From: Antedon mediterranea
Lineage: Eukaryota > Animalia > Echinodermata
DNA length: 64,000 nucleotides
Direction of reading: 5' to 3'
Assembly: GCF_964355755.1 (NCBI RefSeq)
Contig: NC_092677.1
Coordinates: 1,262,101 to 1,326,100 of the forward strand
Positions 41,146 to 51,943 of the stretch are shown here, one piece after another (position 1 is the first letter of the stretch; each line of letters opens with the position of its first letter). The notes beneath the pieces are model-generated. The model searched no databases. It had not been told where the DNA came from and saw nothing but the letters and a program-made list of their open reading frames with translations. The position numbers were made by a program, and so were the translations under genes.

Positions 41146-41576
41146 CTGCCATCAAATATGTGTTATGATTTATATAGATTTAAAAGAAATTTGAACACGT
41201 AAGTTACATTTGGAAATTACCTGCCATCAATATGATGGATTATGATTATAGATTTAAAAAAGAATTTGAACACGTCAGCTACATTTTAAAATTACCTGCC
41301 ATCAATATGATGAATTAAGATTATAAATTTTAAAAAGAATTTGAACACGTCAGCTACATTTGAAAATTACCTGCCATCAATATGATGGATTATGATTATA
41401 GATTTAAAAAAGAATTTGAACACGTCAGCTACATTTGGAAATTACCTGCCATCAATATGATGGATTATGATTATAGATTTAAAAAAGAATTTTAACACGT
41501 AAGCTACCTGCCATCAATATGATCGATTATGATTATAGATTTAAAAGAAAATTTGAACACGTAAGCTACATTTGGA
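41146..41576. repeat. 75-bp minisatellite (about 6 copies) downstream of the transposase ORF
   Basis: CTGCCATCAATATGA recurs at 41221, 41296, 41371 and 41446 (75-bp period). Confidence 0.9.
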
Positions 41577-41594
41577 ATGAACATGTTAAGGGCA

Positions 41595-44500
41595 TCAGTT
41601 TTGATCGTTCATACAAATGTTTACGTCATCTTTAGCGTTGTTACAGCGGCATAAAGCTGTACATGGTAGTTTTGACTTCTTGCACCTACATCTATTGGTT
41701 ATGCATCGTGTCTTGCATCCACAATAAATCATCTCTAACGAAGCTGTAGGAATAGATTCATTTTTCAGAAGCACTGGTTGAAGTTTACCATTACATAGCT
41801 CCCAACCAAAATCTGTTGGTGATGGCAAATGCTGGATTGGCGATACAGCTTTTTTCCATACGAGTGCTTGGAAGTGTGCTCTTTTTATATGCTGGTGCAC
41901 TGCATCGCTTGTTGGAGGTAATGCCTCTGGTTTTGTTTTTTTAAAAAACATGGCATGCCTAACTTCATTGGTACTTTTAACTTGACCAACGCCGTAAACG
42001 TAGCAAATGAATCTTTCCGATTTCATAATAACTTGGTCACTGATAGGTTGTTCTCCCAGGTCTTTAATTAGTTCATGATTTTTCTTGAATACTTCCCATG
42101 CCGATGCCTTTGAGTGACCACTTAGATATGAGGTAGTATCGCATCCAGTAATAGTGTGAAATGGAACCAGTGCTTTTGCAGAACCCTCGGGCAAGGCTTG
42201 AAAAATGTCTTTTATAGGAAGATACTTTCTTTTTTTGGATGTCCCTGACATCATCCATATATCTTTGGATACCATGCTTTGGTAGTGAGACACTAGAATT
42301 ACTAGTACATCTGTATCCCTAGAAGCAACTACAACTGTGTCGTATCGGACATTGGCAGCATGAAGAACAAGTCGCGTGTCCGCTTCTTCATGATCTGCGA
42401 CCAGAGACAACGTATTCGTGTAGACTTTTGATGATTTAACAACTGATTCTTCCATAAATCCACCAGCTGTGACAATTTCTTTGTCTATAGGAGCTTGACG
42501 AATCAACTCCTCTGATAGAAACCGTGCCAGATCTGCTTTATTATCTTGTAATGCCAAAAAGTTTGACCAGCAATTTGGCAGCGGTATCTCACCACTTTCT
42601 ATAATTCGACGAATTGGTCTGTGTGTTTTGGTTCGTCTTTGTCTGGTGGTGCCCTTTATCGACAGTTTTCGATACCGATCAAACACTACGTCTATTCTCT
42701 GATAATCTTTTCCCCATATCATCACCGTTTTAACAAATGTGTTTGCCAAATCTCCAAAAGTAGAACAGTCAGCCGGTTTGCCTAGTGTCACAACTAGAGC
42801 CTGACCGTCAATTATTATACAAGCTGTTTTTCCCTGAATGTCGATACTTTCCGGGCAATCGATGCCATCTGTTAGCTTTTCTACTAGAATCGACTTGTTT
42901 CCCGTACGAAGTGATCCATTCATTTCAGCGAGAGATAGCGGTACTGTCATCAGTTCATGGCACAACATATTTTTAAGATCAACTTCACGGCCACCGTCAT
43001 ATGCTGTGATTAGCCGCAACAAAACATTTCGATCGGTCTTTGTAACTGTCTTCTTTTCTTTGTCATTGGCATTCTTGGGAACATCATACAGGCTTTTAAA
43101 TGTCAGGGCTTTGTTTCTTTTTATTGGATCATTAAATGAAGTCTTTCGCTCTACTTCAGATGACATCAGTCTATCTTCAACGAATGTTAAAGTCTGTTGC
43201 TGACCCAATTCGGTTGCTTGTAGTAAGGATTCTTGAATCTCTGTGCTTACCAGGTCTTTGGTTGCTATGTTTTGTAGGATATCTGTTGAAGTGTCTGTTA
43301 GAAACACATTGAAGCTTTTGAAAATCGTTAGCAAAGAATCTTCGTCGGCATTGTCTTTCTTTATTCTTGTTGGTGTAGATTCAACAGATATTGATTTATC
43401 TTGGGTCAGACCATACAATTCATGCGTATTTACTGCTAAATGCGACCTGAGATTGAATGAAAGGCTCCATCTCATCAAAGCAGATATAGTTTTTGTTATT
43501 CCTACGATTCCTCCTGATCGCTTTCCTGTACCATTTAGCCATTCTTGGGCATGGTCTGGATCTACTTCGTTAAAAGACTTTGTTGAACATTTGACAACAA
43601 AATTTCCTTTTGAAAATTCTTCTTTGATTTCATCTGGAAGCTGGTTCATTTCAGCTATATAAACAGGACCCCAACGGGCGTAATTATAGTGATCGTATCG
43701 GAAAAAGTATGGGATCATTCGATTGAAGGACGCCATGTGTAAGTCCCAGTTTCCTTCTCTCTGAGCTCTAGTGAACATGAGTAGGATTGATACCATTTCT
43801 ATGTAACACCACCAAAATTGAAAGTTAACGTTCTTCTCGCATTCATCTTCTATGTACTTGGATAGAATGTTCTGGTATGTATCGCCTTTGATCATTGCCA
43901 CTAAAGCGTTGATTTTATCACTTTCTTTTTGAATTGAACTTACACTTTCATGAAGATCACTGTTGATTTCTGCCAACCTTTCGGAAAACGCTGGGATTAA
44001 TATTCGCCACAATGCTTGAATAGATAGCTTGTGGACTCGCATCGCTTTCTTATACCCTTTTCCAGACAACACAAGCTCGGCTGCACCCGCGCCTATAATT
44101 CCACTTTCAATCCATGATTCATACAACCCACACCCTTCCATGTGCTTTCCAATAACTTTCAAAAAGTTCATAGATATGTGGAGACCTCCCAGACGTGGAA
44201 TTAATTTTAACATGTATTCAGGAACATTCCATTTTAACTCCATTAGTTTGCAATAAAGTGCTTGATCAACGGTAATGACAGTGTAGTTTTGTCCAAAATG
44301 ATCCGATATTGACATACACCTCCTTACAACTGTATTTAATGTATCAAATTCATGAGCAGGAGCTAGTATCATGGGCATGTACCCAACGGAAGTTTGTCTG
44401 TGATCGGTTGTTGAATTCTGTTGATTAAAGCTTGTCCAACTTGGTTTGTCCTGTAGGTGTTGACGATGCAACAGAAACGCAATATCAGCTGCTTTCGCTT

Positions 44501-46199
44501 GCTTCTCGCATTCAAGATTTGTACTTTTGCCATTAAACCAATTAGCATTTACTGGCTGATGGAAAACTGGTTTGGTTTTACTTTCGACAATCTTTGTTGA
44601 GAACAACTCAGTAAGAATATCTGGAACTTCTAAAGTAGATTTAGAAGTAACTTCAACATTTTCAAGTAAGGCCGGTTCTTTTCCAGTGGATCTTTGATAA
44701 GCTGCTAGTTGCGTGGCATGGAATGTGTTCTTACCGTCAAGTGATTCGTCTAATATATCAATATTATCTGCCGTAAAGTGTATGAATTCATCTGGAACAA
44801 AGTTCTGTGGTATAACTGCTCCTGTAGTACGATCCATTGACCGCAAAGTATAGTTGGCAAGGGCAGTATCAACTTCCAATAATTGTTTGTAACTTAAACA
44901 GTGTCCCGCTCGATGGAATAAGTTAACAAGATCCTTTGACCTAGTTGCTTGGTGCAATGTACTTGTCAATCCAATATGTTTTGGTGTCCACTTCTTTCCT
45001 TTGCTTATTCCATAAACCAAATCCTGTGCATTGCTCATAACCATACGTCGTGTTTGATCCTCATATTTCATTTCAGAACAATCTTCATTTAAATGGTCTT
45101 GGCCTCCATATAATAATCTCAGAAACATATACAAACTATCAGGTATGCACTCGGCTTCATCTTTCTCACTAACTGCCAATCCTTCGTGACCAGGTTTCGA
45201 AATAATATCGCCACGGATCTTTAATGCAACATGTACCAGAGATAGAAATACATCTTCTTGCTCTGGTTGGTACGTTGGAATCGTGATGTCTTCATTCGCT
45301 TGAACTGACTGAGAAACCATATTATTTTGATAATGGATGGGAATTAGTAATGTTTGGCGATCTGATGAATTAACATTTAGAGGATGAAAAAAGTGAAATT
45401 CAGTATTCAGTTGAGAAACAAGCTTCTCTTTAAATGTTGCCCTTCTGCTCAAATATGAATATGGGATATCTATGCACAAATTATTAGCTAATTCAACATA
45501 CCGATTCCATACATCAATCAACTTAAAAACTAATCCTCTTCTAGCTGCCTTTTCAAGTTCATTGCAAAGCCAAACAAATGCAAGATCTCTTTTCACGCAA
45601 TTTTTTTTAATTTTCTCTGTAGATCTATCAAATGCTTTCAAACACACTAAATGGTATTTTCCTTCGGATGCTATTAGGTCATTTACATCTGCTACTCTAA
45701 CAGAAAAATTATAATCAAAAGGAGCAGCTTCGAGTATACGATTACTTAAGCCAAATGTCATTATAGAACAAAGACGGTCTTTAGAATCTTTTTGACAAAA
45801 TATGCATTTTTCCCAGTCAACAACCGGCATATTTGAACGTCTTGAGAGCCTATCTGTTGTATTGTGAAAACTTGAAGTGGGTTTGGATGATGCGTCTAGC
45901 TCGTGTTGTTTTCTCTTATTTTCTAATCGTTTCATTCTGTCTTGATCAGTGAAATGGCAATAACACTGTTTATGCCATAATGTCTTTTGATCAACTTCAG
46001 TTGTAAAACTTAGTGAAACTCGATTCGTAATATCGTCATCATCGCCGAGCTGACATCTCTTTTCAGCTGCATCCTTTACAGTTCTTAAACCTTGCTCGCT
46101 TGCTTCTCTCAAATTATCATTAGCTTTACGTTTCTGACAAAATAGACACAGCTTATAATTTACTGGTCTTTGTTTTTTTAAATCACAAACTGACTCCAT
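41595..46199 (-). CDS. Academ transposase with XPG/FEN1-like nuclease domain and C-terminal Cys8 (CXC-like) cluster, 1534 aa
   Basis: Uninterrupted ORF. Academ-type motifs ADNID...GK.TFH, DQALY, RLGGLH, DHYNYARW, DHAQE..N. XPG-like IIDG, VVFDRY, HEEADTRL, SRDTDV, TGCDTTS. C-terminal CGCKTRC...CRCKK..LPCTALCRC. Confidence 0.9.
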   Translation of the reverse strand: MESVCDLKKQRPVNYKLCLFCQKRKANDNLREASEQGLRTVKDAAEKRCQLGDDDDITNRVSLSFTTEVDQKTLWHKQCYCHFTDQDRMKRLENKRKQHELDASSKPTSSFHNTTDRLSRRSNMPVVDWEKCIFCQKDSKDRLCSIMTFGLSNRILEAAPFDYNFSVRVADVNDLIASEGKYHLVCLKAFDRSTEKIKKNCVKRDLAFVWLCNELEKAARRGLVFKLIDVWNRYVELANNLCIDIPYSYLSRRATFKEKLVSQLNTEFHFFHPLNVNSSDRQTLLIPIHYQNNMVSQSVQANEDITIPTYQPEQEDVFLSLVHVALKIRGDIISKPGHEGLAVSEKDEAECIPDSLYMFLRLLYGGQDHLNEDCSEMKYEDQTRRMVMSNAQDLVYGISKGKKWTPKHIGLTSTLHQATRSKDLVNLFHRAGHCLSYKQLLEVDTALANYTLRSMDRTTGAVIPQNFVPDEFIHFTADNIDILDESLDGKNTFHATQLAAYQRSTGKEPALLENVEVTSKSTLEVPDILTELFSTKIVESKTKPVFHQPVNANWFNGKSTNLECEKQAKAADIAFLLHRQHLQDKPSWTSFNQQNSTTDHRQTSVGYMPMILAPAHEFDTLNTVVRRCMSISDHFGQNYTVITVDQALYCKLMELKWNVPEYMLKLIPRLGGLHISMNFLKVIGKHMEGCGLYESWIESGIIGAGAAELVLSGKGYKKAMRVHKLSIQALWRILIPAFSERLAEINSDLHESVSSIQKESDKINALVAMIKGDTYQNILSKYIEDECEKNVNFQFWWCYIEMVSILLMFTRAQREGNWDLHMASFNRMIPYFFRYDHYNYARWGPVYIAEMNQLPDEIKEEFSKGNFVVKCSTKSFNEVDPDHAQEWLNGTGKRSGGIVGITKTISALMRWSLSFNLRSHLAVNTHELYGLTQDKSISVESTPTRIKKDNADEDSLLTIFKSFNVFLTDTSTDILQNIATKDLVSTEIQESLLQATELGQQQTLTFVEDRLMSSEVERKTSFNDPIKRNKALTFKSLYDVPKNANDKEKKTVTKTDRNVLLRLITAYDGGREVDLKNMLCHELMTVPLSLAEMNGSLRTGNKSILVEKLTDGIDCPESIDIQGKTACIIIDGQALVVTLGKPADCSTFGDLANTFVKTVMIWGKDYQRIDVVFDRYRKLSIKGTTRQRRTKTHRPIRRIIESGEIPLPNCWSNFLALQDNKADLARFLSEELIRQAPIDKEIVTAGGFMEESVVKSSKVYTNTLSLVADHEEADTRLVLHAANVRYDTVVVASRDTDVLVILVSHYQSMVSKDIWMMSGTSKKRKYLPIKDIFQALPEGSAKALVPFHTITGCDTTSYLSGHSKASAWEVFKKNHELIKDLGEQPISDQVIMKSERFICYVYGVGQVKSTNEVRHAMFFKKTKPEALPPTSDAVHQHIKRAHFQALVWKKAVSPIQHLPSPTDFGWELCNGKLQPVLLKNESIPTASLEMIYCGCKTRCITNRCRCKKSKLPCTALCRCNNAKDDVNICMNDQN

Positions 46200-47730
46200 G
46201 ATGTGGTCTTTATTACACCAAAAACTGATATTCCGTAGCTATAGCTTTAACCAAACTCTAAAGCAAGAAAAAAATTATTTTATTTAACATTTTTTTTTAC
46301 GTTACGTTATATAAAAGTTAGGCCTACTATAAAGTTTATTAAATAAAAAGTAAGACTAAATGGCGCGCCATATTAATACTTTTAATTTACGTGAACTTGT
46401 CTGTGTGGCAACCATAAGAGACGTACGCCCTTGTCAGCGCAATTAAGCTGAGACAACTTGCTAGCTACATACGTAGGCAAATAGTTGGGCCTAGCAAAGT
46501 TTTGCAAATATTATATACTCTAATTATATATATATATTTTAAAACTTACCTCATCTGGTTTGGAAATACAACAATTGCTCTTGAAACAACGGATGATAAA
46601 TTGTGAAAATATTATTTTGTTCGCTTTTAATTTAGGCCTACTAGTGATGTTAGATGAAAGAAATAGACCATAGGGGAATTTCTATGGCGGGCGAAAGACA
46701 CAATAATAAAATTTAAAATTCTACTGGGAAATTGAGATTTTTAATTTCTCACCATCAAATACTGTTGACAAACTTGTCTAAATTAAATATGCAAATTAAG
46801 CCTTTTTCATTTCAAGATTTCACATGGAATCAACTAGATGTGTAATCTAAAAGTTCGAAATAAATATTTAATTTTAATCACATAAACTTATACAAATTCA
46901 TAATATACAAATACGATACTATTATTATCGTATTTGTATATTATGTATTTCATCATTTTCGATAGCGGCCATTTTGAATATACAAATCAAGGGCATAAAT
47001 AACCATACTATTGGCCTTTCTTGGACGAAATGTGCCATTAGACTGGATAGAAACACACATTTTCTAAACAAAAACATAAAACAAAAAATAATTTCATAAG
47101 TCCAATATTTTCAGAGTTACCGTATAACATTTTATTTGACTAATAGTTCAAAGGTCAATAGTTGTAGAATCGGCCATTTTGTGTAAAAACTTGTCATTAT
47201 AATAAATATGAATGTATGATTTCTGAACAATTTGAGCCCCATTTCGTGTCTCTCCGATTATTGGTTACTGAGATACGATAAATCAAGGTCAAAGGTCAAA
47301 ATGTCAGAAATAAGACTTGCATCCATTTTTTGACAAAATGTTTCATTAAAGTGAATATAAAAACATATATTTAAAACATTTTGACACCAAAATTAATTAT
47401 CTGTGACTAGTGGTTCTCGAGATATAGGGTAATTATAAAAAATGGCCGCCATTTTTAATTATGCAAATTAAGGGCTTAGATGGCCGAATTTCGCTTGGGA
47501 TCCGCCATATTCGTAATCAGCGAGGTCGAAATATCCTAAATCAAGTGGATCCCAGCTTCTACCCAAAAATGCTTCTTGATTCGTTTTCTAGGCCGTTTTT
47601 TGAGAAATGGAACCTGTCTAAGATGGGAAACTTAGTAATCCTGTTACACTGTCAATAGGTTGGTGGGAATAAATTTGTTATAACTTGTTGATACAAATCA
47701 AATCGTATTTTATTGGGATCATTCATAGTA

Positions 47731-49059
47731 CTAGAGGGTGAGCTCGCTTCGCTCGCTCTCCCTCTAGGAAGTGTAGATGATGGTTCTCGGAATGATAATG
47801 ACTCGGGTAAAAAGGTTTAGAAGGACATTCTGGCCTGGACAATTTCGGTCGGTTACCATTATTTAAATGCTTTTGATATTCGTAAAACCAAACCTACTCA
47901 CTAACCTGTTTCACAGTGTCTTACATGATTAATAGCGTTTTACGTATATGTTTGAAAAATTTCATCTGGTTGTGGAATAGGTATTAAATGAAATTTCTTT
48001 TTGAACAACCAAAAACTAATTTAAGCGAACTTACAGTACGTTTCGAAACCTATCAGGTTTCATTCTCAACTGGCGTTTCATCGTCTAGCGTTGTTAATTC
48101 CATGACGACGATGAGTCGGTATAGCGCCACCAATAGGTCCAAAAGGACGTGCCCCCTTCTCTTTCTTCAATAGTTGATCATATATGTGTGATAATTCGTG
48201 GGCTCCTTCATCTATGTTCATGATTTTGATGTATCCTGTTTTACGTATAGTGTTTATTGTAGATTTGAAAAGTGGTAAAAAAAGAATAACAAAAATGATT
48301 GGTAAATTGTAGATAACAGTTCGATGAAATCTACTAAAAATAATATAATTGTGATATAAATATAATACATTGTTGTGTGTATAAATGTTGATGGGCGTTT
48401 ATTAGATGGTATTTGGATGGGTGGGGGAGGGGCGGATTGGGGGGAGTGGCGATAATTATTTTAATTGATGTTTTATTGGGAAGGTGTTCCGGGCATTTAT
48501 TCAAATAAATACCATCCTAATTGGTATACTTAATACATTATTTCGCGACACAGTGAGCCGTTTTGGCCTAAGAAGGAAGACGCTTTAGACGGCTTGCAAC
48601 ATGGGCAGAAGTATCCCAGGGTCCTGTATGTACTATACTATACCTTCACACGCCCGGGTCCGCGTCCGAAAATAAACAAAAAAACAAAATTGCTATCGCC
48701 ACCAAGCACCAACGGCCAACTTAGTTGAAACAGGGAGTTGTTTTACAACTCCTTGGTGGAAACCAACGATGCAGGGAACTTGCAAGGTGATTGACACACC
48801 TTACCGTGAACCCGGAAATTACTTCTACCGCGCGTAGAGTTAAAATTTACCGATTGAAATCAGAAAATGTCTTATAAAACCCTTTATAATATCTTCCTAA
48901 GAAAAAAATATGGAACAATAGCGTAGTACTGAAAACTAATGTTATCAAATATACGTTTCGCGGTACATCTGAGATAGATAAGGTAGGTATCCAAGGCGGA
49001 GATTAGTAGCGAAGTTTTTTCATTGTGCTTGCCTATGTTAACCATAATTTATATATAGA
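47731..49059 (-). mobile_element. Non-autonomous Helitron, family A, copy 2
   Basis: Same TC...hairpin-CTAG termini as 8203-9894, inserted between A and T in the I-set/stalk intron of unit 10. Confidence 0.75.
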
Positions 49060-49185
49060 TACAGTAGGTATTTTTTGTAGGACCAAAGAGCAGGTCATAA
49101 TTATGAATGGAATATTCAAGTTTAATGTTATTTGGTAATGACAATACACAGCGAAAACCTAAATTTTTTTATTTAATTTTAGTTA

Positions 49186-51017
49186 CTAGATGGTAGTGCC
49201 CACAGCCAGATGGTTCTCGAATACACAGTAATTCCAGCGAGAAAACACTTTAGATTTCAAATGTACATACCGCAGGACTATAATACATTGTCGTTTACAG
49301 AAACAAATAAATAGAAACAATGATTTATGTAGTCAACCAAAAAATGAAAAATGAATTACTTCCTAAAGAGAAACTTGTCACACAATTTTTATTTGGACTC
49401 ATTTAAACAAACCCAATTTGTGTTTTGTATGTAACATTAGGGATGGGGATAGGAACAAAGAGGAAATTTTTTTTTAATATATTCGTATCCACTGAGTAAC
49501 GAAATATTTTTTTCACGCTGCTGCTTTAGCCAGGTACGTTCCAAGAGGACTACTCATTCAGAAGCTAAAGCAAGCAGCAGTTATAGTTCAAGAGGCCGAC
49601 GTTTTTGGTACTTTCTAAACTTGGACGGGTCATACTAAAATTACAAGCCCCAAAGCACATCTGGTAGAAGAGAGTCTGTCAACATAGGCCAGTATTATAA
49701 TAATTCACTGTCAAATAATCAAAACATTATTTCTGGTATTTACAATGAGTCCCATTTGACTGTCAATCTAGACCGATATATATAATACTGTAATTTGCTG
49801 TCAGATAATCATTGGATTATTATCAAAACAGTCCATATACAATTTGTTGACACTTGAAACCTCTAGGCTTGATGAAGTGACCCAGACTTGACCTTAGCAA
49901 TAAAATAAACTAAAGTGACAGAAATTGAGTCTGTTTAGTATAATAAAGTAATATTATTTATACATCATTTTTATTAATATAAATTATTTAATAAGCACAT
50001 CATCTTTTACAGATTCAGTATTTTTTATTTTTCAATTTCAATTGCACAATTATGACATATCAAAGTATGAATTCTTGTTGTATTTTACTTCAAATACAAA
50101 CGTTATTCACTTCTGTAATAAAACAATAATATTTATTCATGTATAAAAACAGAAAAGAAACGTTTAATTATAACCCCAAAACCATTGACTGACAGATAAT
50201 TTAAGTATTTTTTGCTTTAAATTACATTTTTTCAGGTAAATAATTGTTTGGTTAACGTGAATAACTTATGTGACAATAAAATGACACATTCAATCAATCA
50301 ATCAATCAATCAATTTATTTCTCAAATAAAAACAAAATACAGTTACATTTTTCTAGAAATAATAGATAATAAATGAGAAAAAGGGTACCCCAAAAACAAA
50401 TTTGAAATAAAAATTACTTTTCAGGGGACAATATATCTTTAAAACTGTTACGTCAACAAGCGAGCGGCGTTTGTTTGTAAGAAATAGTTCTTATTTATGT
50501 TTTATAGGCCAATAAATAATATACCACTAAATACAGTAAAACATTTGCGAATTAATACTTTGTTAAAACTGTCACTGTCATAGTCGATTAAAATAGTAAA
50601 GTACATGTAACGATACACCACTGTATTTTTTTAAAAGAAAATCGGCCTTTCTTCAACATTATGATGCTGTACTCGAGCTGTTTAACCGGTTTTCAGATAT
50701 TAAAAACAATTATCGTAGGAGGAGATAAGAAAATGCGAAGCATCCTCGTTATTATATGCGGGTATTTTTCAAGATGGACATCCATTAGACAGTGTATACC
50801 ACGATCGGAAAACCCCTATTTGGTGCAAATCGTTGAACGTAAATTTGTTTTAATTGTCAATAAATTATCTAACTCAATTTAATTAGTAAACAGGGTTACA
50901 TCAGGTGGTTAAAATCAGTTCCGAAAGTATGAACCAACTTTATATACCATCGAGTAAAAAGTCTAGAAGTAAGGCGCGATTTACCGATTTTTTCCCTTAC
51001 GTAAATTTATATATAGA
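49186..51017 (-). mobile_element. Non-autonomous Helitron, family B
   Basis: Minus strand 5' TCTATATATAAA and 3' CTAG at an A|T site. Removing it and the adjacent HINE restores the paralogous intron (tttagttat...aaa..ttttgtaatatgaa). The 3' hairpin is weak. Confidence 0.65.
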
Positions 51018-51018
51018 T

Positions 51019-51133
51019 AACAAGGCCATAAATACATGGCTGCAGTCGCGTGCGCAAATTTGAGTTAGTGTTTACCGACATTTAGTGTTTACCGACCAAC
51101 CGACCGACATAGTTTTAGTTGCACGCGACTAAA
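51019..51133 (-). mobile_element. Short HINE/DINE-1-like Helentron-associated element
   Basis: Subterminal inverted repeat AGTCGCGTGC/GCACGCGACT, (GTCG/GGTC)n tract, terminal hairpin GCCAT..ATGGC and T-rich insertion site. Confidence 0.65.
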
Positions 51134-51943
51134 AAGCGGTTTTGTAATATGAATGCTTGACGTGTTTTACTAATATTACTTGTTTCTCTATTTCTTTAGC
51201 ATCGACGACAACACCTTTTATATCCAGTAAATCAACAACATGTAGGTTTTGTTTGCTTTTTGCATTTTTATTTCCGTAAACTTCCGGGTTTTTGCATTTG
51301 CGTTAAGCAAATAAAGGATTTAAATGAGAAAGGATATCCCCCTCTATCCCCATGATCTGCATGAGTGCTTAAAAGGGACAATAATGATGATTTGTATATT
51401 TGTCAACACTACATTATTGTAAATAGGTTTAAGACACATGGAAACACTAATCCTTCTGTATTTATTGTTTTGTTTATTGTGATATATATACTGTATATAT
51501 ATAAGTTGTAAGTACAAAGGTTCCAACTGTGTAATTACAATTACATTAAAATGTATATGTAATACATATCATATTAATGATGTTAGAATTGAAGTTTAAC
51601 GTAAATATTTCCATGCAAAAAACATATTGTGAGTGCAATTTCGGTGGTTTAGTTGTAAATGCTTTTATTATTATTGCCTACTTATTTTTATAATCTAAAT
51701 AAACGTGAACAAATATCATTTTAATGATAAAACATGACTAGCTGCATGGAGAGGGAATGAGCTCGTCAGACAGACCAGGACCACAGCATAGCCAAGAAAG
51801 AAAGGAATAACTGGCACCAGTTGGGAGAGGACTTTTCCCAGAAGTGGGGCGATATGAGGAAAGAAAGAAACATTAGCTTGACCATTCAGTTGGAATGGGG
51901 TTTTGCTTAATATTGTTAGTTTATTTGTTTTATTTTCTTTTAG

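Larger units (their letters stand above)
40463..47620 (-). mobile_element. Autonomous Academ (AcademX-type) DNA transposon, 7158 bp
   Basis: Termini TAGACAAGTTCTATTTC / GAAATGGAACCTGTCTA, 3-bp TSD AGA, subterminal inverted repeats of about 500 bp (about 40496-41000 and 47080-47578), and a single long ORF. Confidence 0.9.
38809..51226 (+). pseudogene. IgSF receptor unit 10: leader 38809-38863, intact V 39134-39475, I-set 40207-47659 split by AcademX, stalk 51200-51226, own TM and tail deleted
   Basis: The I-set codons SGT|DGKLSN are separated by the 7.2-kb element. Only a TM relic at about 51500-51535 precedes the next V exon. Confidence 0.75.

Noticed and set aside
41146-41576. Regularly spaced repeats resembling a CRISPR array
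   Set aside because: Contiguous 75-bp tandem units without unique spacers, inside a eukaryotic transposon, and no cas genes.
42785-45714. Plus-strand ORFs overlapping the Academ transposase
   Set aside because: Antisense shadows of the long minus-strand ORF, with no recognisable domains.
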